A stretch of 57,451 nt of DNA from a virus (IMGVR_UViG_3300037206_000024:1-57451), one strand, 5' to 3'; shown: positions 45,766-54,730, counted from the stretch's first letter. Notes: a model not told the origin generated them from the letters alone. Numbers and translations are program-made.

Positions 45766-45973
45766 GCAAGAGAACGCAGCATCCCTAGAAAAGCATCTTA
45801 AGGAGTGTGCGGAGTCCAACAAGAAACGGCTTGCGGAGATGGATGTGCTCAGGATGAGAGACGAAGAGCTAAGGATACCCAAGGACCTAGGGTTCTGGGA
45901 GAGGAAGAGAAAGCAGACTCAGGCACTCAGAAACAAAGTTCTCGCTATGAAAATGGCGGAAGATGTAAAATAA
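45752..45973 (+). CDS. Hypothetical protein
   Basis: GGAG RBS, overlaps the upstream gene. Confidence 0.55.
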   Translation: MNLREQENAASLEKHLKECAESNKKRLAEMDVLRMRDEELRIPKDLGFWERKRKQTQALRNKVLAMKMAEDVK

Positions 45974-46015
45974 CGACAGCGTATACGCCTTAGAGCGTGG
46001 AAAAGAGAAAACAGC

Positions 46016-46408
46016 ATGGCAACATTGACGCCTGATCCGATTAGTTACACCGAAATCACATTCCCAGACATCACGGGAAAAACCATCCAAGGCTACTTCC
46101 TAGCGACCTTCAGCGGAGCCGCTTATGTGGCGGGTGGAATTCCTGCGAACATCATGAAATTGCTGGACCAGCGCACTGTAGACTTCAACGGAGAACTTCG
46201 CGTGGAGTTCTATGGTGAAGACCCTTACAATGCAACTACAGGTGTGGGTACCTACCGATTCGTGTATTCTCCGGTGACCGATACTTTGCAGCTTGTTAGC
46301 TACATCACCGGCCTTGAAGTAGCCGCAGGAGCAGCTGTTCCCGCAGGCGTAACTTCCGACACTGTGCTGGTAAAGGTCACAGTGGACCGCACCTCAACGA
46401 AAGGCTAA
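46016..46408 (+). CDS. Hypothetical virion protein
   Basis: 130-aa beta-rich ORF in the structural region. Confidence 0.6.
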   Translation: MATLTPDPISYTEITFPDITGKTIQGYFLATFSGAAYVAGGIPANIMKLLDQRTVDFNGELRVEFYGEDPYNATTGVGTYRFVYSPVTDTLQLVSYITGLEVAAGAAVPAGVTSDTVLVKVTVDRTSTKG

Positions 46409-46417
46409 GGAGAAACC

Positions 46418-46684
46418 ATGGCATCAGCAACCAACAGGACGGAGAAGGACTGCTTCAACAAAAACTTCACGGTGGGTAGTGTAGTGAGTGTGCGGTGCAT
46501 CGTCACCGCTATCACTCCCGCCCCCACTGCTCCCAACAACACGGCACTTCAGTATGGCGGGTCGGGAGATCTCGTCACTTGCCAAGTGGAAGTTAACGGT
46601 AATCCCGGGGAAGTCACACCGGGACCGATCTTCCAAGTGTCGCCCATTCAGTGTAGGTATGCGGGCAGCGAAGAACAGCACTAA
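46418..46684 (+). CDS. Small beta-rich protein (paralog of 22156)
   Basis: NKNFTVGSVVSVRCIVTAIT; AAGGAG RBS. Confidence 0.65.
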   Translation: MASATNRTEKDCFNKNFTVGSVVSVRCIVTAITPAPTAPNNTALQYGGSGDLVTCQVEVNGNPGEVTPGPIFQVSPIQCRYAGSEEQH

Positions 46685-46692
46685 GATGAGTA

Positions 46693-46744
46693 CCCATTCT
46701 TACGATGGGAAGGGCCGTGGAAATCGGCCCACACATTTAAGGAG
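46693..46744 (+). ncRNA. Two-hairpin repeated motif, copy 2
   Basis: CCCAT/ATGGG-AA-GGGCCG/CGGCCC-ACACA-TTTAAGGAG. Confidence 0.55.
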
Positions 46745-46749
46745 ACATC

Positions 46750-47154
46750 ATGTCAAACCCAGCAACAGACGCTACAGGGGGTTCCCAAGTTTTCATCGGA
46801 GATACTGCGACGATCCTTGGTGCGTGTACATCCATCTCGGGAAACCCCGGGGTGAATGATTCGGTAACTTTCACCACGACGCTTGGCGATGTGTTCACAT
46901 GCTTGGCGGGTGACATTTCATCCTCAGACCAAACACCAAATTCACCTAATGTTGGCCGCACGACATTCGCAGGTAAAGCCTTTGGAGCAGGCCAGCAAGT
47001 AACGGCTATGGGCATTGTGACGAGTGTCACACCATCGCCATGGAGCATGACTGGGGTCGTCACTGTGAAGTTGAACTTCTCTGGTCTGGTGGTCACAGTC
47101 TCAAGTGGCGCTCTAGTTACGAACTCAACATGGACCAACACTGTACAAGCATAA
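46750..47154 (+). CDS. Protein with two copies of the small beta domain of 22156/46418
   Basis: GSQVFIGDTATILGACTSIS and GKAFGAGQQVTAMGIVTSVT. Confidence 0.6.
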   Translation: MSNPATDATGGSQVFIGDTATILGACTSISGNPGVNDSVTFTTTLGDVFTCLAGDISSSDQTPNSPNVGRTTFAGKAFGAGQQVTAMGIVTSVTPSPWSMTGVVTVKLNFSGLVVTVSSGALVTNSTWTNTVQA

Positions 47155-47157
47155 GAT

Positions 47158-47230
47158 CTCAAGGCTTAGCGGCCTTGGGCTAGCGCGGGAGGTGCTTCTA
47201 TCATCTCCCTGCGCGACCTATAGAAGAGGA
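47158..47230 (+). ncRNA. Hairpin + pseudoknot element, copy F (no nuclease downstream)
   Basis: P1 CAAGGC-TTAGCG-GCCTTG; P2 GCGCGGGAGGTG/CATCTCCCTGCGC; loop CTTCTAT (47195-201) pairs ATAGAAG (47220-26). Confidence 0.78.
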
Positions 47231-47249
47231 GAGCATATAAGGAGAACCC

Positions 47250-50200
47250 ATGGGACACAATCTGAAAGCGCTCGGCAGCGCGAGCTTGGATGCTTTTGGT
47301 GGACTTATTACATTTGCAGATGCCCGAGATGTCCCCGAGGGTGCGAGCCCTCGTAACTGGGATGTAGATTATTCCGTAGGCTCCGTATTCACGCGCCCCG
47401 GCCTGCAGTCTCAGTACAGTTTTGCCACCACTCTGACGATCACGGGGTTCTCCTTAGGGTCGGGCAGTATCGCAACCTTTACCTACGTTGGAAGTGAACC
47501 AACGGTAAACGAAGGGTTCTTGCTGAACGGCTTCACGGGCACTCTTACTCCCCTCAATGGGCAGACGGTGTATGTAGAATCCGTCACCATGACCCAGTTT
47601 ACAGCCTTAGTAACCGGGGTTCCGTTCGTTACTATCGGCGGACTAAATGCCACAGCTGTGTCTACAACGGGTCTTTTTGTTGGCCCCAATGTGGGGTCGT
47701 CTTTCAATGGTCCAGCATGGACTAACCCAAGCGGTATCAGCAGCGCTACCTCATACGCTTCGGTGGCCACTGGGCTTCCAGTTGAGGAGAGTACCTCGGG
47801 AACTACTGGGGTTAACCAAGGTTCTGGTCAGCCATGGCTTGTTGTAAATCAAGTGTGGGGCACAGGCTCTTTTGTAGAAAACCTGTCTGCAAACCAAACC
47901 TCAGCCACACTGTTTGCATCAGGCACAACATTGAGTATACCTGCCGATGCAACTGTGGTAGGGGTATCCTTGAGTTTTAATTGGGGAAACCTTTCAAATC
48001 CTCCAAATGGTACAGTTGCACAATTGTCTGCGCAGTTAGCTATTAACGGTCTACCTGTAGGGGTCACTTTGCGCTCTACTTCTGGAACCTACGGAGCGAC
48101 TGCTCTAGGCTCCTCGTCCTTCTTGTGGGGAACTACATTTTCCACAGAAAATCTAAACAACGGAGGGCTTGGCGTTCTTTTTTCGGTGACCAGAGGCACT
48201 TCGGGCTCATCCAACGCAGCGTTTGGTGTGGCAGACCTAGTAATCGGAGTCTATTACACTCAAAACCTACCTTCGGGTGCGCTGCTTGATCAGAACTTTT
48301 TGTTTGCCATAGCCCCTGCTAACGGGATCTCTGGTTTGGGTGCTAGTTTCAAAGCCTATTCTTCTCCCTTTGTGTCTGGGGCACCGACTTCTGCCAGTCT
48401 ACAACTACTGCAGAACGGTGTCCCTGTCGGCACAGCGAAGACTGTGGTCCTCACTTCTACACCAGAGGTATATAGCCTAGGGTCTCCTAGCGACAGTTGG
48501 GGTGGGTCTTGGACGGCGAGCACAATAAACAACTCCACTTTTGGAGTAGAGATCATAGCTTCTGGTGCAGGGGTTACGTATGTAGGCGATTTGGATGTCA
48601 CTGCTTACATTACGCCCGCCCTAGTCAACTTTAACTGGTTCGGAAGCTATCAACAGAACAACAACTCTCTGTTCACCTTAGCACTTGACGCAGCGGGCAA
48701 TGTGTGGCAAGAAAATGTTCTGGAGAACCCCGGGGTTCTTTCCCTGTCTCTGACAGGGGTTATTCCCGGTTCCTACGGGAATGGGGCCACAATTGACAAC
48801 TCTGAGTTCGTCATGTTCTCAGATTTGAATGTCGGCACTGACCGTCCACGGCAATTGTCCGCTGATGGAGTCTGGTACCCAGTCTCTCAGTGTGCTCCCG
48901 GTGCCCCTCCATCCTTCATAGCCAGCACAGCCGCAATCAGTGGCGTCTTGACCCTGCAGAGCTACACATGGACGGCATCAGCCACTGTACCCAATGAGGG
49001 CGTAGCCAACTTCACGTTTACCAGCCCTTCAGGCTCAGTACCTGTCGTAGGATCAATTTATGTGATCAACGGGACAGGTACAACCTTAGATCATCAAGCG
49101 GTCATTGTATTGGGTTCTCCTGCCCCAACCTCAACCACGTTCTCCGCAGAGGTGACAGGCACGGCTTCTCCAAACTACCCAGCGGGACCGACCATTATCG
49201 TTGGTACCATGGCTGCGCAGTTCTTCTACAGTGTTGTGTCGATCACGCAATTTCCGGCGTATGCTGGATTGCAAGAACCTGTGCCGCTAGAATTAAGCGC
49301 AGGAGCGACGGCGATCCAAGCTGGCAACGTAGTCACCTTTTACTATCAGGACACTACCACCGGAGGACCTGACCAAAATCTTCTCACCGCATTTTCCTCA
49401 GGCAATGGAGCATGGGTTTACATCACAGGGGCACCCACAGCTATACCCTGCAATGGAAACTGGCAAGTCATTGCTATGGGAAAATCGATCCCACCGGGAG
49501 CGTCAGACGAGCATTGGTATTTTTCCTTCTTGTTCAACACTACTGGAGCTGTGAACGGTTCTAGTTTTTCCGGGGTCACGTACCGGCAGACGGCAGCTAC
49601 CATTACCTTCCCTCTTCCCGGCATTCTAGGTTTATACGCCGGTTCTCAGATGACAATCACCAATGTCACTGGGGTACCGCAAGATGGTTGGAACAACTCG
49701 TGGACTGTCATAGAGGCTGTAAACTCGGGGCAGTACATCATTACCTCAACTTCTTCCACAGCGGGTGTGGCTACCTACGGGTACCAGTTCTCATCCACAA
49801 CCAACAGTCAGGTTCCTATAGCGGGGCACCTTATCACCATTACGGGGGCTCTGCAAGCCCCGGGATACAACGGCACCTTCCTTATTGCCACCGTGAACGT
49901 GGGAAACAACACCTTCACAGTGAACTACCAAAATCTGCCGGATACAGTCGGCGGGCCGGTCAATGAGAGTGCGACTGCGCAGGCCGCTATGGCAGGTACG
50001 GTGTTTACGTTCGACCCCGGACAATTGTTTGTGGGTACTAACCAGAACACCATCTATGGCAACGTATCAGGTATGGGGGATGTCACCATTATCGGTACCA
50101 CACTGACACCTATCGGTGCTGGTACACGACAAGCGGTGGTGTTCTTCATCACAGCGAGTGGTAACTGGACCCCAGTGTCTAATCCCACTCTTCCCTTTAC

Positions 50201-52286
50201 TACGCCAGCCGATGCGAACGTACTGCAAGTCTCCAACATTCCTATAGGCCCATCCGACGTAATCGCACGCGGAATTGCGATTACGGAAGCAGGTGCCAAT
50301 GGTGTGCCGGGAGCAAACTTCTACGTTATCACCAACCCAGTGACGCAGACTGTTAACGGCGTCACGTCCACGTACACATCTACAATTATCAACGACAACA
50401 CGAGCACGACAGCGCAGTTCAGCTTTACGGATGATGTGCTGTTGAACTCTACTGAAATTGATATCCCGGGGCGCGACCTGTTCAACACAATTGAACTCGG
50501 CAGCTGCGCTTGGTGTGTGCCGTACTCCAGCCGAATGTTCTACGGCCTGCAGTTGAACAAAGTGACCAACCTCATCAACACCACGTTTGATGGGGGCTAC
50601 CAAATAGTCAACCAAGTCGGACAGAATTTATATCAACAACCATCCGGCTGGGGATTGTACCCAGTTGCTAACGAAGCGAGGCTTTTGCCCAGTCCTGTTA
50701 CTGGTGACGCCTACTACATCGTCAATAACACAGGTGTGGTTGGCAGCACCAACCCGGGTTTGGGAGCAATTGCACAGACAGCCTATCAGGACTTCTTCAA
50801 CGTCCCGATCATCGCTATCAACACAGCGTACTCGGTGCGTGTGGCGTGTTCGGCTCCTTCAGGCATCGGCATTGGAACCTTGGTCATAGACCTAGTGCAG
50901 CTAAGCAAGGGAAGTTTTGGCAAGGTATACGGTAGCTTCAGTGTACCGCTGTCCACCATGGGCGTAACAATGTCAGTGTTCAGTGGGACTCTCTTGACCA
51001 GTGTATTCACGTCCGTCGTTGACCCACAATTGAGTTTGCGGGTGCGTGTAACGGGCATGGGTATTGGGGCAGATGTGCTGATCGACCGCTTTGAGGTCTT
51101 CCCCACACTCTTCCCGTACCTGAAGACTGAGGTATATGGGTCTTACATCAATCAGCCTGAGGAGATAGACGCCTCAGGTGATGGTGGGATCATAGATACG
51201 AGTACGGAGAACCCGCAGGCATGCTTCGGTGGTTTCGTCCTGCGTGATCAGCTGTATCTGCTCAAAACGAGCAGCATGTACAGCACGCGCGACAACCCTA
51301 ACTCTGAACCCGGTGGCTGGTCATTGAATGAGGTCAGCAATCGCGTAGGCATCTGCGGTATCAATGCCTACGACGTGGGTGAAGAATGGGCTGTGCTGGC
51401 ATGTCGCAATGGCATCTATGGCTTCGAGGGCACTGAACCTGAGCTGATCAATCTGGAAACACTTCAGATCTGGCAGCAAATCAACTTCAATGCAGGCAAC
51501 ACCATTGTGCTCAGGAACGACACAGAAAATCGAAGGATTCTCTGCGCCGTCCCTCTTCCAACTGGGTATTCCCCAGAGGGCGTGGCAACAGGCACGGTGA
51601 CATGGTTGCCCTTTGCTCCGTACAACCCTGCACCGACCACACCCAACGTGATCTTGGTATTGAATTACCAAGCCCTTGGGGACTTCAAGGAGTTGATGGC
51701 TTCAATCGGAACGCACGCCACTATGTTCGGCAGCTTGGCGAACCCAGACATGCGTAGGAAGTGGACGATCTGGCAGATACCTACTCCGTACATGGGGCTT
51801 GTGACCAGAGCTAATTTGCTCGACATGCCATTGTATTTTGGCAACGGGATCGACTCCTCCAAAATCTATCAGCTCAACGACGATCAGCTGAGTGATGATG
51901 GAGTAGCCATCAATGGCCTCTACACCACGTATGGACACGTCAATGCTGTCAAGGCAGCTACCTTGCCGATCTTCGGCATGCACACGAAGCGCTACACCGT
52001 CCTGCAAGCGAACCTTGCGGGCGCAGGTAATTGCCAAGTGCGCCTGATACCGAATGACCTGTTCGCAAGGTATCCCTACGTAGTACCCGGGGGGATCACT
52101 TTGAACAGCCCTGAGAATGACGATATGTTCCGCCCAGTTAACTGTAAAGGGCAAAGGCTATTCTTGGAGTTCTCCACGAACGCTGTGGGAGCATGGTTCC
52201 AGCTCGACAAGACGCTGTTGACGGGCAAGGCTGATGGCTGGTCATCGCTCAACCCAACGGGTGGGGGAAACCTCGGCATCACGTAG
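47250..52286 (+). CDS. Large tail protein (probable nozzle/tail-tube protein with inserted beta domains), 1678 aa
   Basis: FGGL...N.D...G....RPG N-terminus and propeller-like C-terminal half typical of podovirus nozzle proteins; position before ejection proteins; inferred. Confidence 0.55.
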   Translation: MGHNLKALGSASLDAFGGLITFADARDVPEGASPRNWDVDYSVGSVFTRPGLQSQYSFATTLTITGFSLGSGSIATFTYVGSEPTVNEGFLLNGFTGTLTPLNGQTVYVESVTMTQFTALVTGVPFVTIGGLNATAVSTTGLFVGPNVGSSFNGPAWTNPSGISSATSYASVATGLPVEESTSGTTGVNQGSGQPWLVVNQVWGTGSFVENLSANQTSATLFASGTTLSIPADATVVGVSLSFNWGNLSNPPNGTVAQLSAQLAINGLPVGVTLRSTSGTYGATALGSSSFLWGTTFSTENLNNGGLGVLFSVTRGTSGSSNAAFGVADLVIGVYYTQNLPSGALLDQNFLFAIAPANGISGLGASFKAYSSPFVSGAPTSASLQLLQNGVPVGTAKTVVLTSTPEVYSLGSPSDSWGGSWTASTINNSTFGVEIIASGAGVTYVGDLDVTAYITPALVNFNWFGSYQQNNNSLFTLALDAAGNVWQENVLENPGVLSLSLTGVIPGSYGNGATIDNSEFVMFSDLNVGTDRPRQLSADGVWYPVSQCAPGAPPSFIASTAAISGVLTLQSYTWTASATVPNEGVANFTFTSPSGSVPVVGSIYVINGTGTTLDHQAVIVLGSPAPTSTTFSAEVTGTASPNYPAGPTIIVGTMAAQFFYSVVSITQFPAYAGLQEPVPLELSAGATAIQAGNVVTFYYQDTTTGGPDQNLLTAFSSGNGAWVYITGAPTAIPCNGNWQVIAMGKSIPPGASDEHWYFSFLFNTTGAVNGSSFSGVTYRQTAATITFPLPGILGLYAGSQMTITNVTGVPQDGWNNSWTVIEAVNSGQYIITSTSSTAGVATYGYQFSSTTNSQVPIAGHLITITGALQAPGYNGTFLIATVNVGNNTFTVNYQNLPDTVGGPVNESATAQAAMAGTVFTFDPGQLFVGTNQNTIYGNVSGMGDVTIIGTTLTPIGAGTRQAVVFFITASGNWTPVSNPTLPFTTPADANVLQVSNIPIGPSDVIARGIAITEAGANGVPGANFYVITNPVTQTVNGVTSTYTSTIINDNTSTTAQFSFTDDVLLNSTEIDIPGRDLFNTIELGSCAWCVPYSSRMFYGLQLNKVTNLINTTFDGGYQIVNQVGQNLYQQPSGWGLYPVANEARLLPSPVTGDAYYIVNNTGVVGSTNPGLGAIAQTAYQDFFNVPIIAINTAYSVRVACSAPSGIGIGTLVIDLVQLSKGSFGKVYGSFSVPLSTMGVTMSVFSGTLLTSVFTSVVDPQLSLRVRVTGMGIGADVLIDRFEVFPTLFPYLKTEVYGSYINQPEEIDASGDGGIIDTSTENPQACFGGFVLRDQLYLLKTSSMYSTRDNPNSEPGGWSLNEVSNRVGICGINAYDVGEEWAVLACRNGIYGFEGTEPELINLETLQIWQQINFNAGNTIVLRNDTENRRILCAVPLPTGYSPEGVATGTVTWLPFAPYNPAPTTPNVILVLNYQALGDFKELMASIGTHATMFGSLANPDMRRKWTIWQIPTPYMGLVTRANLLDMPLYFGNGIDSSKIYQLNDDQLSDDGVAINGLYTTYGHVNAVKAATLPIFGMHTKRYTVLQANLAGAGNCQVRLIPNDLFARYPYVVPGGITLNSPENDDMFRPVNCKGQRLFLEFSTNAVGAWFQLDKTLLTGKADGWSSLNPTGGGNLGIT

Positions 52287-52316
52287 TTGACAGACAGCAC
52301 CAAGTTGTGGTACAAT
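52287..52316 (+). promoter_or_regulatory. sigma70-like promoter
   Basis: TTGACA-18 bp-TACAAT with extended -10 TG. Confidence 0.7.
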
Positions 52317-52332
52317 TAGTCAGTAAGAGATA

Positions 52333-52405
52333 TCAGGGCTTAGCGGCTCTGAAGCAGAGTCGGGAGGAGCCTGATACTCCTCCCTTCTCGACCTTATCAG
52401 GAAGG
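52333..52405 (+). ncRNA. Hairpin + pseudoknot element, copy G (no nuclease downstream)
   Basis: P1 TCAGGGC-TTAGCG-GCTCTGA; P2 GAGTCGGGAGGAG/CTCCTCCCTTCTC; loop CCTGATA (52370-76) pairs TATCAGG (52395-401). Confidence 0.78.
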
Positions 52406-52425
52406 AAACGAGAGGAGGAACCCAT

Positions 52426-53094
52426 ACGCAAGGACGTGCGGCTCAGCTAGAGGGCGGTCAGGAACTGTCTGCCATCACCAATAAGGATTTCAACAACGGT
52501 ACTCTTCTTCAGCGTATAATCGACGCTGTGAATTCCCTAGCTCTTAACAGTGGAACCTTAGCGGTAGGAAAGTTGCAGCCCCCACCCCCGGTTCAGTCGA
52601 TTTCCGTAGCGGGTACGCTGAATCCCGCCACGAACAGTCACATAGCAAACAGCGAAATCCTTCACTGGACCATAGGGCATACTCAGGCCATCCAGAAGAA
52701 CATCCGCTACTTCAGCGAGATCTCAACTACCCCCAGTTTTTACCAAGCTCACGTGATAGACCACGGCACGAGTCGGACAGGAATCACGACACTGCCCACC
52801 TACCTAAACGACGGCGTGACGAGACAAGGGTTCTACCTCAGGTCGTACGCACAATACCCCGGGAGTGACCCCCAGAAACCCACAGTATTTGGTGGTGCAG
52901 CTGGACCAACCAAAATCCTCATGAACGGTGGTGGGGCAGCAGTCAACGGAACGGTAATCACCACTGGGTCGGCATGTACGTTACTACCATCCACAGGCTC
53001 AGGCACAGCAGCTGCAGACGGCAGTCAGTCGGGGCAGGGTCTAGGCACATCCCTAGCGCGCTCAGCACCGGGACCAAAACGGCAGGCATCTTAA
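52426..53094 (+). CDS. Hypothetical virion protein (probable ACG start at 52426; ORF track starts at 52528)
   Basis: Frame is open upstream of 52528 (QGRAAQLEGGQELSAITNKD...); GAGGAGG 7 nt before the ACG. Confidence 0.6.
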   Translation, partial: TQGRAAQLEGGQELSAITNKDFNNGTLLQRIIDAVNSLALNSGTLAVGKLQPPPPVQSISVAGTLNPATNSHIANSEILHWTIGHTQAIQKNIRYFSEISTTPSFYQAHVIDHGTSRTGITTLPTYLNDGVTRQGFYLRSYAQYPGSDPQKPTVFGGAAGPTKILMNGGGAAVNGTVITTGSACTLLPSTGSGTAAADGSQSGQGLGTSLARSAPGPKRQAS

Positions 53095-53513
53095 TGGGCA
53101 CAATAATTCGCAGTTATCAACTCGGGGACGCAGAACAGATTCAAAAGATTCATGATGAGAACAAACTAGACTTCAAATTCCCCAACCTCAATTCCTCCCT
53201 CTTCACTGTCAATAAGGTGCTGGAGGTTGAGGGTGTCGTACGCGCATCGTACGCATTACGCATGGTGGCTGAGGCAAACCTTTGGTTGGATCGCAGTGAT
53301 TGGACAGATCCTAGGGGACATTGGCTGACAGTCAAAGCGCTCGACAAGGAAGCCGTAGCAGCAGCGTCAGGATTAGGCATAGATGCAGTTCAATGTTTTC
53401 TGCCACCGGGCTACGAAAAATTTGGCAAGCGCATAAGTGGTAAAGACGGGCTAGGGTTTACCAAGTGCCCGCAGTGGGACTACTACGCAAAGTTCATAGG
53501 AGCACAGCAATGA
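53094..53513 (+). CDS. GNAT-like fold protein in the ejection-protein region
   Basis: IIRSYQLGD...I..IH, LGF near the C-terminus; TAATG coupling; position typical of podovirus GNAT-like genes. Confidence 0.5.
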   Translation: MGTIIRSYQLGDAEQIQKIHDENKLDFKFPNLNSSLFTVNKVLEVEGVVRASYALRMVAEANLWLDRSDWTDPRGHWLTVKALDKEAVAAASGLGIDAVQCFLPPGYEKFGKRISGKDGLGFTKCPQWDYYAKFIGAQQ

Positions 53514-54118
53514 AATTAAATTTCAACGTGTGGAATGACAACGGATTTGATACAGGACTAGAGTTGCTGTGCATCCGACAACTGGTAAACCAAGCCGAAG
53601 GGGCAGCTTCTAATGCAGGGGCGACTGCAGCTGGCTTGGGCTCTCAGGCAGCTAGCGAGGGTGCCCAACTTAACCCCTTCTATCAGCGAGAAATGTCAGC
53701 TGAGCACGCTTACGACCCGACGCAGATCAACGAACTCCTAACGCAAGCAGGGGCGGGGACAGGCGCTGCGCAGGGCTCCCTAGATACTGAAGCACAAAGA
53801 CAAGGGGCCGTCTCAGGCAATGCGGCAGGGCAAGCAAAGAATCTTCAGGAAATTGCCCGCGACCGTATGAAGGCCAACGCAGGGGTTTCGGAAGGCGTGG
53901 CTGCTCAGGATGTCATGGGAGCCAAGCAGTTGAATCAAGAAGGTGCAGCTGGAGAGTCTGGCCTGTATGGAGAGAACCTCAAGGGGCAACTGGCCGCAAT
54001 GGGTCAACAGTCTGCTGATATCAATGCAGCTACGAACGCCAGCCAGACGGGATGGCTTCAGAGCGCAGAAGGCCTCGCAAAGACTGGTGCAGGTATCGCA
54101 GCCCAGTTTCAGAGCTAA
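53510..54118 (+). CDS. Probable small ejection (DNA transfer) protein
   Basis: A/G/Q-rich helical protein in the P22 gp7-like position; inferred. Confidence 0.55.
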   Translation: MKLNFNVWNDNGFDTGLELLCIRQLVNQAEGAASNAGATAAGLGSQAASEGAQLNPFYQREMSAEHAYDPTQINELLTQAGAGTGAAQGSLDTEAQRQGAVSGNAAGQAKNLQEIARDRMKANAGVSEGVAAQDVMGAKQLNQEGAAGESGLYGENLKGQLAAMGQQSADINAATNASQTGWLQSAEGLAKTGAGIAAQFQS

Positions 54119-54124
54119 GGAGAG

Positions 54125-54153
54125 TTGACAACCAGACTTTTCTTTGATATTAT
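54125..54153 (+). promoter_or_regulatory. sigma70-like promoter for the HNH gene
   Basis: TTGACA-17 bp-TATTAT with extended -10 TG. Confidence 0.6.
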
Positions 54154-54169
54154 AAGAATAGGAGGAGAT

Positions 54170-54730
54170 ATGCCGTATAAAGACCCAATGTCACCAGCAG
54201 CAAGGGCCAGCCAAAGGCGGAGAAGTGCCACCTATTACAAGAACCACAAAGAGACGGTTGTCAAAAGAAGCCGTGCATGGAGAGAAGAAAACCCTGAATA
54301 TATGCCAGCACAAAGACGTGCTTATCGAAAGATTCATCATGCAGAATTGGCAGCCAACAGCTTGGTGTGGAGAGAAGAAAATCCAGACAGAGTAAGGGCG
54401 AACCGTAAGGCTTGGAACCTGTCTCACCCTGAGTACAATATCTGGAGCCAAATGCTTGAGAGGTGTTACAACCATGATTGCAACTCGTATAAATATTATG
54501 GGGCAAAAGGCGTTACGGTATGTCGCAGATGGGCAGGTAAGGATGGGTACAAAAACTTTTTACTCGACATGGGAAAAAGACCATCAAACAAACACTCGTT
54601 AAGCCGCCTTGGGGATACTGGAAATTATACACCAAGAAACGTCGTTTGGGGCACACGGGAACATCAAGAAGAGCAAAAAAGAGTTAAGAGGTACAAGGAG
54701 AACACATGGCAACCCCAACAATTCGCGTAA
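54170..54730 (+). CDS. Phage HNH-type homing endonuclease
   Basis: EYNIWSQMLERC...Y.YYGAKGVTVCRRW...F..DMGKRP...SL.R....NY.P.NV.W; WREENP repeats; GGAGG RBS. Confidence 0.78.
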   Translation: MPYKDPMSPAARASQRRRSATYYKNHKETVVKRSRAWREENPEYMPAQRRAYRKIHHAELAANSLVWREENPDRVRANRKAWNLSHPEYNIWSQMLERCYNHDCNSYKYYGAKGVTVCRRWAGKDGYKNFLLDMGKRPSNKHSLSRLGDTGNYTPRNVVWGTREHQEEQKRVKRYKENTWQPQQFA

